DNA of 34,317 nucleotides from a virus (lineage: Duplodnaviria > Caudoviricetes): IMG/VR virus record IMGVR_UViG_3300029823_000006; one strand, given 5' to 3'. The translations under genes were made by a program, and so were the position numbers. Shown here one piece after another: positions 1-8,003 of the stretch. Position 1 is the stretch's first letter. The number at the start of each line of letters is the position of its first letter. The notes under the pieces are model-generated. The model did no database searches. It was not told the DNA's origin and saw nothing but the letters and a program-made list of their open reading frames with translations.

Positions 1-282
1 CCAACCACGATGATTCCAAGGCAATGTTTGGTATGTGGCAATGGAGCCATCTGCTAACTTACCAATAAAAGCATGGACGCAAACTTGACGACCTCCAGGT
101 TTATCCTGATTCCAATGATTATTGTATTGGTTCTTTCCGAGCAAACCATCATCTGGACCAACATATCTCTTCAACCATGGGTTGTTAGCCCCTGTTGAAT
201 GAACCATTATACCCTTCGGTTTTATTGTTTTGCCTGCTTTGTAGCAGGCATTGTTCGTAAGTATTAGTTTGTATAATTTCAT
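1..282 (-). CDS. N-acetylmuramoyl-L-alanine amidase endolysin (5' part; runs off the window)
   Basis: Hand translation from ATG at 282 (SD GAGGTG upstream): MKLYKLILTNNACYKAGKTIKPKGIMVHSTGANNPWLKRYVGPDDGLLGKNQYNNHWNQ...VCVHAFIGKLADGSIATYQTLPWNHRGW. Amidase_2-like H-S-T and H-A-F-I motifs; lies downstream of the holin. Not in the ORF track. Confidence 0.88.
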   Translation of the reverse strand, partial: MKLYKLILTNNACYKAGKTIKPKGIMVHSTGANNPWLKRYVGPDDGLLGKNQYNNHWNQDKPGGRQVCVHAFIGKLADGSIATYQTLPWNHRGW

Positions 283-299
283 TATAATCACCTCAACAT

Positions 300-1694
300 T
301 TAATCATTTGGCTCAGGTGTAAGATGGACAGGGTACAGGTGATAGGTAAACTTTAAATCACAATAAGCATTTGATGATGTTCCATCACTTCCCATACAGA
401 TATACAGTCCATAACCTGCTGGAACTCTGGCCTGCCGCATTTGAATATGAATGTGCAAGGATTCTGCTGAAGTATTCGATCCGACAGGTGTACTCCGTTG
501 AATTCTAGTGAATGTCTCCTCATCATTGGAAATATACAAGTCCAGTTCCTTTTCACTAGTATCCGATTGACGACAAAGAGTTATCAAATGGCAATCATAA
601 GCCGTCGTATACAATTCTCCACCCTGACCGCCAATAACCACACTATTAATAGGTAATATCGTGTGCAAAGGACCACGAACACTGTTTGCACCGCCTGAAC
701 CCGAGACATTACCCGACAAAATATATCTTGAATAGGCCGACCGGGTGAAGTCACTAATAATAGCCGTTGCTGTGGATGAGAGAGGTATTGCGGAAGTCAC
801 ATTTTCTGCTCTTTCAAGTAGAAAAAGGCTCTCACCTGCCTCAACGGTGGTACTACCTATGGAAAACCTCTGACTTGTCCAGTAAGCTGTACAAATTGGG
901 TTTGGATCAGTCCCAGTTCCATAGGCAATATTCATTTCGTCATCAATGCCCCTTATAGCTCTAGCAAGTGTCTTAACTGTATTACGAAGGGTGTCTTGAA
1001 TTAGAACCTGCACATTATTTGCAGCTGGACTGCCCAAAGCTGTAACGAAGGTATATGTTATCATGCCAATCACTACATTGTTTCCATTTGCTATGTTGTT
1101 AAATGTGATGGCTGCTCTCCGGCTAATCATATCCGGTGCACTAGCTGTTTCTATTGGATGCAAATGGTTTAGTAGAATACCTGTCCGCCTATATAAATTT
1201 TCGCGGGTATCCTCAACCAAATTGTGTGTTGTATTTAGCAACTCATAGTTGTTGTTTAAAAGATTATAAGTGAGGTTGAGCAGATTATTTATTTCATCAA
1301 TATCCAGTTCAGCTAAAGCCGAAAGCACTTTATTTAACCATTCCTGTGCAGGAGGTTCTGGTGGTTCAACAATTCCATCCACAAGAGCATCCTCGACTAT
1401 GGTTAGTATTCTTGCACTCTTTCCAACCACATCACCATAAGTAACCCTTATTTCAAGCCGACCAACACCAACAAATGATGTGTCCGTTGCATTGGGCTGC
1501 CATGTAAGGACACCATCAGCGTAGTTCGTGACTACCGGATATGCAACCCCATCAGGCCTTTTGTAAATCGCATTTAAGGAGGCACTTGGGTAGTTATTTT
1601 CCAGTAGGCTTGATACATCAAACTCAATATTTCGGTAATTGTGTTCACCGCGTCGACCAATGAATACCGTTACCGCTTTTGTTAAGTCAATCAT
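300..1694 (-). CDS. Uncharacterised 464-aa protein: BppU-like N-terminal domain, Asn/Leu-rich coiled coil, unknown C-terminal domain
   Basis: The N-terminus (IGRRGEHNYRNIEFDV...KRPDG...LTW...DT..VG.G.LEI) resembles the N-terminal domain of baseplate upper proteins. Start codon overlaps the holin stop (ATGA). Confidence 0.6.
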   Translation of the reverse strand: MIDLTKAVTVFIGRRGEHNYRNIEFDVSSLLENNYPSASLNAIYKRPDGVAYPVVTNYADGVLTWQPNATDTSFVGVGRLEIRVTYGDVVGKSARILTIVEDALVDGIVEPPEPPAQEWLNKVLSALAELDIDEINNLLNLTYNLLNNNYELLNTTHNLVEDTRENLYRRTGILLNHLHPIETASAPDMISRRAAITFNNIANGNNVVIGMITYTFVTALGSPAANNVQVLIQDTLRNTVKTLARAIRGIDDEMNIAYGTGTDPNPICTAYWTSQRFSIGSTTVEAGESLFLLERAENVTSAIPLSSTATAIISDFTRSAYSRYILSGNVSGSGGANSVRGPLHTILPINSVVIGGQGGELYTTAYDCHLITLCRQSDTSEKELDLYISNDEETFTRIQRSTPVGSNTSAESLHIHIQMRQARVPAGYGLYICMGSDGTSSNAYCDLKFTYHLYPVHLTPEPND

Positions 1695-2131
1695 ATTTCA
1701 TCACCTGGCTTAGGAGGTTCCTCATCACGACCATGTAGTTGCTTAAGAACCGCCTTTAGTTTTTCTGGGATGGGTAGTCCAATATGACCTGCATTCTCCA
1801 AAATGGATACACCCTCGTTACTTAGGTAGAAAAAGATTACCGCTGTTCGCAAAGCGCTGCCATCATATCCTGCACTCCCCAAAATTTGTGTATCAAGAAT
1901 ATGAGCGATACCTACCATTACAAAGATGAGCACCTTTTTGAAAATTCCCTTGGCACCAATTTCGCTGGACAGCTTTTTATCTGTAATCGCACAAAGGACA
2001 CCTGTCAGATAATCAATAGCTACAAAAGTGACCAGTGTATATAGAAATCCGTCAAACCCACCGAGAAACCATCCAAGAAAAGCACCAACAGCCGCAAAAG
2101 CTAACTGTATCCAATTCCAAATCTCTTTCAC
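1691..2131 (-). CDS. Phage holin (toxin secretion/phage lysis holin, Cph1-like)
   Basis: Hydrophobic segments with motifs DYLTG, LSSEIG.KGI.KK and NEG.SILEN...GLPIP. Probable start is GTG at 2131, after SD GGAGG; the ORF track start at 2146 overlaps that SD. Confidence 0.9.
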   Translation of the reverse strand: MKEIWNWIQLAFAAVGAFLGWFLGGFDGFLYTLVTFVAIDYLTGVLCAITDKKLSSEIGAKGIFKKVLIFVMVGIAHILDTQILGSAGYDGSALRTAVIFFYLSNEGVSILENAGHIGLPIPEKLKAVLKQLHGRDEEPPKPGDEI

Positions 2132-2165
2132 TGTAAACACCTCCATTACATTAATTTGTGTATTT

Positions 2166-2196
2166 AAAAAAACACCCCTGTAAAATACAAGAGTGC
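2166..2196 (-). terminator. Intrinsic terminator between the tail and lysis modules
   Basis: Minus strand GCACTCTTGTA-TTT-TACAGGGGTGT (11-bp stem with G-U pairs) followed by a T run. Confidence 0.7.
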
Positions 2197-2215
2197 TGTT
2201 GCCGTATCACACACC

Positions 2216-4687
2216 TTACAGCATCAGTATAAGATCGTGGATTTGTTGCATCACATCCGCCTTTGGACGCCCTGTTCCAATAGGGAGCCATGTCACAGGT
2301 GGTATATCAAATGCTGCAGAAGAGTCAAAACCATTAACCACTGTAATGATAGTATCAATAGCCTTTCGGATTTCAGTAATGTGAAATGGCCATTTTTTAA
2401 CTGTTGTTCTTCCCGCAATAATCTCTTCACTCCAAATTACAGGGGATAAGTTGTAATAACTTAGCACTATATTTAAAGCGGTTCGAAGCGTCTGAATATG
2501 TGCTGCCTTTACGACAGTCTCATTTGCAGTAATCGTTTCAAAAGGTGGCGGTAATATAGTAAATGTCCTGACAACATCTGTGCTTGCCGACTCAATATCA
2601 CTATCAAGACAGCGGAAGGTTACAGTATGGTTTCCTACTGCAAGCGGTTCCGCTTGGTACACCGTACTAACACCATTTCCCAGATAGCCACTCGTAGAAA
2701 ATCTCTCAGGATTATCCACACTATTAACCCACTCACCTGAATCAATCTTTACTTCCACAATCTGTGTCTGACCGTCTGGTTCAGTGCCTGTAGTAATCAT
2801 AAAGCGTGGTGTAGTGTTATAAGTAGACTTTCCGGTCATAGGACTGACGATGGTCGGAGCAGCAGGCGGACTGTTTTTCTTTACCGTGTTACTAACCACA
2901 TGGCTTGAAACTGCATCAAGTGTATCTGTTACGCTTATTCGATAGCGGGTATACATTCCAGGTACCGGGGAAGCATTTACCTGATGGGTACCTGAAGTAG
3001 CACTTGAAATAATAGTAGTCAATGCTTCATATACCGACCAATTTATACCGTCTGCTGATGTAGCTTGTTGAATAACATATTGCTTGATGGCACTGGTTCC
3101 CGGTATTGTTCCGCTCCACATAAGAGTTACTGTATTCGTCTCATATATTGGAGGAGTAGCAGTGAAAGAAGTAGGCGGAATGGGCAGTGTATTTCTGCGG
3201 ACAGTGTTACTAGATATAGTCCAGTCAGAATAAAAACTCTCTCCAGCAGTACCACGTGTCCTAACTCTATACCTACGGTAATAACCGCGAGTTGTCGGTG
3301 GGCTAACAACTACGCTGCCACTTGTTGTTGATGTAACCGCTATTGTTAATGCTGTCCATGCTCCCCATGTGCTGTTATCTGCCGAGTCACTATATTGAAT
3401 CTCATAGGATGTGATGGTGTTGCCTGCTCCACTGGATGCACCACTCCATGAAAGAGTAACATTTCCTTCAGCTAAAGTTGAACTGACCGAGCAAGCAGTC
3501 GGTGCTCCACAAGCCGTGATATCACAGTAGATGCTATTACTGATTTTTTCCGAGGAGTAGACATCGAGATTATCTATCGTCCATACACCAAATTGAGTAT
3601 ATGTTCCTGGAACTCGTGACACGTTAGGGTTATAACTACCTCCACTGGCCGATAGGGCTAAAATGGTTAGAACATTCCATGAACTCCATGTGCTGTTATC
3701 CGTAGATGTTCTACTGGCAATCTGGTATCCCTTGATTGCACTCGTACTTCCAGAAGCACCGCTCCAAGTAAGCGTGATTGTTTCATCACTATAATTGATT
3801 GGAGTAGCAGTCACTGTAGTTGGTGGGCTAGGAACTGTGTTTCTGCGAACAGAGTTCGACGATACTCTCCAGCCTGAATAATAACTTGCTCCTGCTGTAC
3901 CTCGAGTTCGCACCCGAAACCTACGATAATTACCCCGTGTTGATGGTGGTGCAACTGACAAGCTGCCACTAGTGGCCGTGGTGGTTACTGTAGTTAGTGC
4001 TGTCCACGATCCCCAATTCAAATTGTCAGCAGAATCACTATACTGTATCTCGTAGGAGGAGATGGCATTATTTGTACCACCGGAAGCACCACTCCATGAT
4101 AATGTAACATTGTCCTCCGAGAGGGTTGCACTCAATGAACAGGATGTCGGAGCACTACAAGCTGTGGTTCTTATTGCCCAGTTAATGGTTAACACTATCT
4201 GGCTTAAATCATCTCTGGCTCGAAATCCCATATAGTTTAGTGTGCTGGAGCCAGCATCCATGAATAAACAATTACTAGCTCCACTACCGATGGAATCAAT
4301 GAGTGCGGTGGAAATTGCGATATCCTTTGTACCCTGTCCGGCAGAAACAGTATAGCTATATCCAGAAGTAACTTTCGTAGGTCTACTCCCGGATATGCTG
4401 GTACCCGAACTAGGAGATGGCAAACCATATGCATTTCCAGCATATAGCGTTATCGTTCTAGCTGAACCCCAATCACCTGCAGCTATCCTAACAAGACGAA
4501 TACTGGCAGAGGTAGGATAATAGTTTGCATAGGTATTTCGAATACTTGTAAGGTCAAATAACATGGCACCAACATTTTCATAATTATTGGCTGGGGCATA
4601 AACCCCTTGTCGAACGTAATCGGTTACACCAGCAATCCAACTGCCATTACGCCATGTACAAGCATTTATCGCTTGATAGGTTGCCAT
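2216..4687 (-). CDS. Minor tail/adhesin protein with fibronectin type III-like repeats
   Basis: Ser/Thr-rich, with four repeats of the type VTL.WSG...I..Y.IQ...W....Y.R.RV; last gene of the tail module. Confidence 0.8.
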   Translation of the reverse strand: MATYQAINACTWRNGSWIAGVTDYVRQGVYAPANNYENVGAMLFDLTSIRNTYANYYPTSASIRLVRIAAGDWGSARTITLYAGNAYGLPSPSSGTSISGSRPTKVTSGYSYTVSAGQGTKDIAISTALIDSIGSGASNCLFMDAGSSTLNYMGFRARDDLSQIVLTINWAIRTTACSAPTSCSLSATLSEDNVTLSWSGASGGTNNAISSYEIQYSDSADNLNWGSWTALTTVTTTATSGSLSVAPPSTRGNYRRFRVRTRGTAGASYYSGWRVSSNSVRRNTVPSPPTTVTATPINYSDETITLTWSGASGSTSAIKGYQIASRTSTDNSTWSSWNVLTILALSASGGSYNPNVSRVPGTYTQFGVWTIDNLDVYSSEKISNSIYCDITACGAPTACSVSSTLAEGNVTLSWSGASSGAGNTITSYEIQYSDSADNSTWGAWTALTIAVTSTTSGSVVVSPPTTRGYYRRYRVRTRGTAGESFYSDWTISSNTVRRNTLPIPPTSFTATPPIYETNTVTLMWSGTIPGTSAIKQYVIQQATSADGINWSVYEALTTIISSATSGTHQVNASPVPGMYTRYRISVTDTLDAVSSHVVSNTVKKNSPPAAPTIVSPMTGKSTYNTTPRFMITTGTEPDGQTQIVEVKIDSGEWVNSVDNPERFSTSGYLGNGVSTVYQAEPLAVGNHTVTFRCLDSDIESASTDVVRTFTILPPPFETITANETVVKAAHIQTLRTALNIVLSYYNLSPVIWSEEIIAGRTTVKKWPFHITEIRKAIDTIITVVNGFDSSAAFDIPPVTWLPIGTGRPKADVMQQIHDLILML
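2870..4165 (-). repeat. Intragenic tandem duplication of a two-FN3-domain unit (period 648 nt / 216 aa)
   Basis: TACSAPTSCS (starting 4165) versus TACGAPTACS (starting 3517); YEIQYSDSADN and RVRTRGTAG recur in both copies. Confidence 0.85.
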
Positions 4688-4698
4688 AGAAATTCACC

Positions 4699-5202
4699 TC
4701 ACTCGTAAACCGCCGATACCAATGAGTTCACTAACCCACAAAGGCTGGTGTTTAATCTGGTATCAGTAATGTTATTTGCTGCAATTGATGTAGCCGCAGC
4801 AGGTACAAGAACGTCTGCAATACCGAGTTCATATACATCGCTGGTTCTTGTTAAGTCTGGGGCCACTGGTGTAGCAGCTGGAGTCCCGGTAACAACTGCA
4901 AGCTGAATATTCCTGCTGATTTGGCTTAAGCGAACAACAATCCGATCGATGCGTGGATTGCTACCGTGCGCTGTAGTGAGAGGCATATTTAACGCATCTG
5001 TATTCTCATATCTATATCCATTAATCCACGCACTTCCAGCCGCCACGCTTACTGCCAATCCCATCCCTGGTGATACCTGCAGATTTGTAGCTGTTTTATA
5101 AAATATCCCGTTTGAAACAAGACTTCCAAAGTATGCTGCAAAATCCGTGGCATCATAGACTCTATCTCCATCGGATGAATTGAAAAATCCGCTTTTCTCC
5201 AT
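4699..5202 (-). CDS. Phage tail/baseplate structural protein
   Basis: MEKSGFFNS..GDRVYDA.DFA.YF, G.AWING and RIDRIVVRL motifs, typical of Firmicutes siphophage minor tail proteins; strong SD AGGAGG. Confidence 0.75.
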   Translation of the reverse strand: MEKSGFFNSSDGDRVYDATDFAAYFGSLVSNGIFYKTATNLQVSPGMGLAVSVAAGSAWINGYRYENTDALNMPLTTAHGSNPRIDRIVVRLSQISRNIQLAVVTGTPAATPVAPDLTRTSDVYELGIADVLVPAAATSIAANNITDTRLNTSLCGLVNSLVSAVYE

Positions 5203-5219
5203 ACAAAAATTCCTCCTTC

Positions 5220-7142
5220 CTAGATGGTTTTCGTATACTCGATAACCACGTAGCCCGTATAATCTGTCCGGTCAATACCTGGTTCAACAACGACATTTGT
5301 TTTATCCACATAGAGACCGATTTGTGAAGCGAAGTTGTTATACCGTGCAAGCGGTAGTGGCAAGAAGTTGGTGCCATTTGTTGCAAAGCTGGATAAACTA
5401 ACAACTGTACTTAGGTTTGCTATGCCATGGGCTACACTCCCAGGAGTAGCGTTGGGAAGGGAGCCGAGGTTTACAACTTTTCGATATATTACCTTACCAT
5501 CTATCCAGAGACGCCCTGTGTTTTGTTCTGTCATAGAGTAATCAGTAAACGCAGAGGAGATTTTAGTTGCAGTAATCGTTCGTTCTGCAATCTTGGCACC
5601 AGTGACCGCTCCATTTGCAATCCGTGCTGTAGTTATTGGATCGTTATTAATATTCAACCAGTTCGCTTCACCAGACGGATTGTTAAATACAAAAACAGAT
5701 ATCACATAAAACGTCATTGTGTTGCGAGATATAAAAAATCCCATTGCCCGCTGATATCCATTTCCCGTGTTATCCCCGCTATGCTTTACCAAAAAGACAT
5801 GCCCGTCATCGCTTGGCTGATCACTGAATTTGTTGCCGCTCCACGAGGTGAAATAAAAAGCATCTCCAGGACTCATATGGTGCAGGGCATACTGACCGAT
5901 CGATATAGCTCCTTCTCCAACAATTACCTCAAGTGAGGGCAGTTTCCCAAACAGATTGTTGATACTATCGGTAACAGTATCTCCTTGGATATTGGGGTCA
6001 AGGTCATGAATATCTCCAAGTGTTTCTGACACATTGCCTAATGCTTCTGCAATATCAGAGATGCCAGTTGGGGCAGATAATGCCGTTTTAACCTCACTCA
6101 TATCAGAGTGAATTTTTTGAGCTATTGTTAGCTCGCTCTTTCCGAATACTACGCTGATGCTTTGACCGTCCGCGTCATATGTCTCCTCCACTTCAGCGAT
6201 TCGTGTTGTCATAGATACACCCCATGCTTTGGAAATAACCTTAACAACCTGCCCAAGGTCAAAGTCTACCTTATAAGTCAGGTTGCCATGTGGGTTAACT
6301 GATGTATCAAAGGAATAACGTATTACTTGCTCATTTAGCTTGCTCTGCCCACGAAAAATCAGCGTATTGATATAATCCACTCCAAAATCTTCTGCCCGTA
6401 GGTCTTTAGCATCCACAAAAATCTCATGTCGAGTTTCTCCCGATCCACTTGTAATTGCTACAAATGTCCGCTCTGCACCTTCGCCCTCTCCACCTATAAG
6501 AGCAGTGTTAGCAAAATCTGCTGCACTTACTGTATAAACCTGCTCAGTTAGGTTCTCATACTCCTTAGAGAACACTGCCTGTGATTCAGTCCCCTTATAC
6601 AGCATTATTGTAAAAACCCCTGTTTCAGGAGTAAAAATAGTCTTGATACCAACCTCCGAAACTTCACATAGTTCCGTCACTGTGTCCATCAAGTTGCGGT
6701 ACGAAATCTGGGTGCTAATGGGTATATCCAGGCTTGGGGATGAAAAGGATATACCGCTGATCTTTCTTGCTACATCAGAAGGATTGATAAGGTTATTTTC
6801 TATAAGTTGCTCCACACAATCAGAAATGTCACCGGACAATTTCTCCGTTTGCCATACAATGCGTCTAGCAAGAAAGGACGTGGCAAAGCGACCACTTACC
6901 GTAATAAATTCCTGATCCGTCTGAGACAAGGAAAGATGCTCAATAATCCCAGCTTCTTCATCATCGTTCTTCCAAATGATATTTCCTTCTTTTAGAAGTT
7001 CGGCATTCTCTTGTGTGGCGATGGCTTTTAATTCAAATGAACCACATTGAGAATAACGCCGTGTCCATCGAAGATATTCGAAAGATTCCACGATGCCCAC
7101 AAGCTCCCGGTTTGTATTAAAGATATATAGTTCCATACTCAC
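5220..7142 (-). CDS. Siphovirus Gp37-like (ReqiPepy6-type) tail hub/Tal protein with C-terminal fibre/receptor-binding extension
   Basis: N-terminal W.RRY...G.FEL, N.ALIGGEGEG..R, E.FVDA.DL and DFDLG.VV motifs; follows Dit. The C-terminus carries GAVTGAKIA repeats and a YS..EQ.TG..WIDGK.IYRK domain. Confidence 0.85.
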   Translation of the reverse strand: MSMELYIFNTNRELVGIVESFEYLRWTRRYSQCGSFELKAIATQENAELLKEGNIIWKNDDEEAGIIEHLSLSQTDQEFITVSGRFATSFLARRIVWQTEKLSGDISDCVEQLIENNLINPSDVARKISGISFSSPSLDIPISTQISYRNLMDTVTELCEVSEVGIKTIFTPETGVFTIMLYKGTESQAVFSKEYENLTEQVYTVSAADFANTALIGGEGEGAERTFVAITSGSGETRHEIFVDAKDLRAEDFGVDYINTLIFRGQSKLNEQVIRYSFDTSVNPHGNLTYKVDFDLGQVVKVISKAWGVSMTTRIAEVEETYDADGQSISVVFGKSELTIAQKIHSDMSEVKTALSAPTGISDIAEALGNVSETLGDIHDLDPNIQGDTVTDSINNLFGKLPSLEVIVGEGAISIGQYALHHMSPGDAFYFTSWSGNKFSDQPSDDGHVFLVKHSGDNTGNGYQRAMGFFISRNTMTFYVISVFVFNNPSGEANWLNINNDPITTARIANGAVTGAKIAERTITATKISSAFTDYSMTEQNTGRLWIDGKVIYRKVVNLGSLPNATPGSVAHGIANLSTVVSLSSFATNGTNFLPLPLARYNNFASQIGLYVDKTNVVVEPGIDRTDYTGYVVIEYTKTI

Positions 7143-7990
7143 ACCCCCAGAAATTGTGGACGAAAGTAAATACTGACCTCCAACAGTTCCATATTAACTG
7201 AAGCGTCATAGCGCAGTGTGTTAGTACCTGCAGCAAGCTGGAAAAACGTTGAATTGGTGTCCAATAGTGAAAAAGCATTTGTAACCGTTGACCCTACAAC
7301 CTGGACCACACGCTTACCAGCGAAATGGGTATACACACGAAGTTCATCACCAGCACTCATTGTAGTGAGAAGCCGGATATATTCTCCCGTGTCTATGTTT
7401 AGTAGTTCAGGGTTGGTAACCGTACCCAGTGCTCGAAATACGATTTCGCATCCACAAGATACATCACCAATGTTTTCTACTGTGATGATTTGGCTCGGCT
7501 GACGCATTCCAAACTCCATACCACTTACTGGTATCTCCAGTTCAAACTCAAATAGAGGTATCCATGATGCCAGTTCCTCTCTCACCTCATCTAATGTTTC
7601 GAAGAAAGGGGATGGGCATAGTAAACTTACAAAGAAGTTTGGTATGCGTTGTCTAGTAGAAACAGTAAATCCTGCTTCCTCTACCACACAAGCAATTTGC
7701 CGTCCACGATACAAAAGAGTTCCTCGCATTTTTGGAGTAAATATCTTAAGAAATCTCTGTCTCCGTACATAAGCCTCGTCAAGAGAATCCGCTACGACCG
7801 TACCTTCTAGCGTGATATTACGCATATCCAGTGTGGAGGAAATATAAAAAGCACCGTCTTGATCCGGTGCCTTAAATGTATTAACGGTCTGGCGTATGTT
7901 GCCTGTTCCGTCTATCTTGGTAAGAAAATACGGGCGGCTTTGTTTTAGGGTGATACTCTCACCGCTTGAGTTAATATAAGTAAGTTCCAC
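7139..7990 (-). CDS. Distal tail protein (Dit, phage tail family)
   Basis: Immediately follows the tape measure gene; motifs L.CP.PFF, N.GDV and FFQL..GTN.L.Y. Confidence 0.85.
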   Translation of the reverse strand: MELTYINSSGESITLKQSRPYFLTKIDGTGNIRQTVNTFKAPDQDGAFYISSTLDMRNITLEGTVVADSLDEAYVRRQRFLKIFTPKMRGTLLYRGRQIACVVEEAGFTVSTRQRIPNFFVSLLCPSPFFETLDEVREELASWIPLFEFELEIPVSGMEFGMRQPSQIITVENIGDVSCGCEIVFRALGTVTNPELLNIDTGEYIRLLTTMSAGDELRVYTHFAGKRVVQVVGSTVTNAFSLLDTNSTFFQLAAGTNTLRYDASVNMELLEVSIYFRPQFLGV

Positions 7991-8003
7991 TGCCAGACCT
8001 CCT

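Noticed and set aside
5427-5936. 169-aa plus-strand ORF opposite the Gp37-like gene
   Set aside because: Fully antisense to a well-supported gene, with no recognisable motifs.
300-7142. Possible diversity-generating retroelement or invertible tail-fibre cassette
   Set aside because: No reverse transcriptase or invertase in the window, and I saw no near-identical template/variable repeat pair; the FN3 duplication is diverged at all base types.
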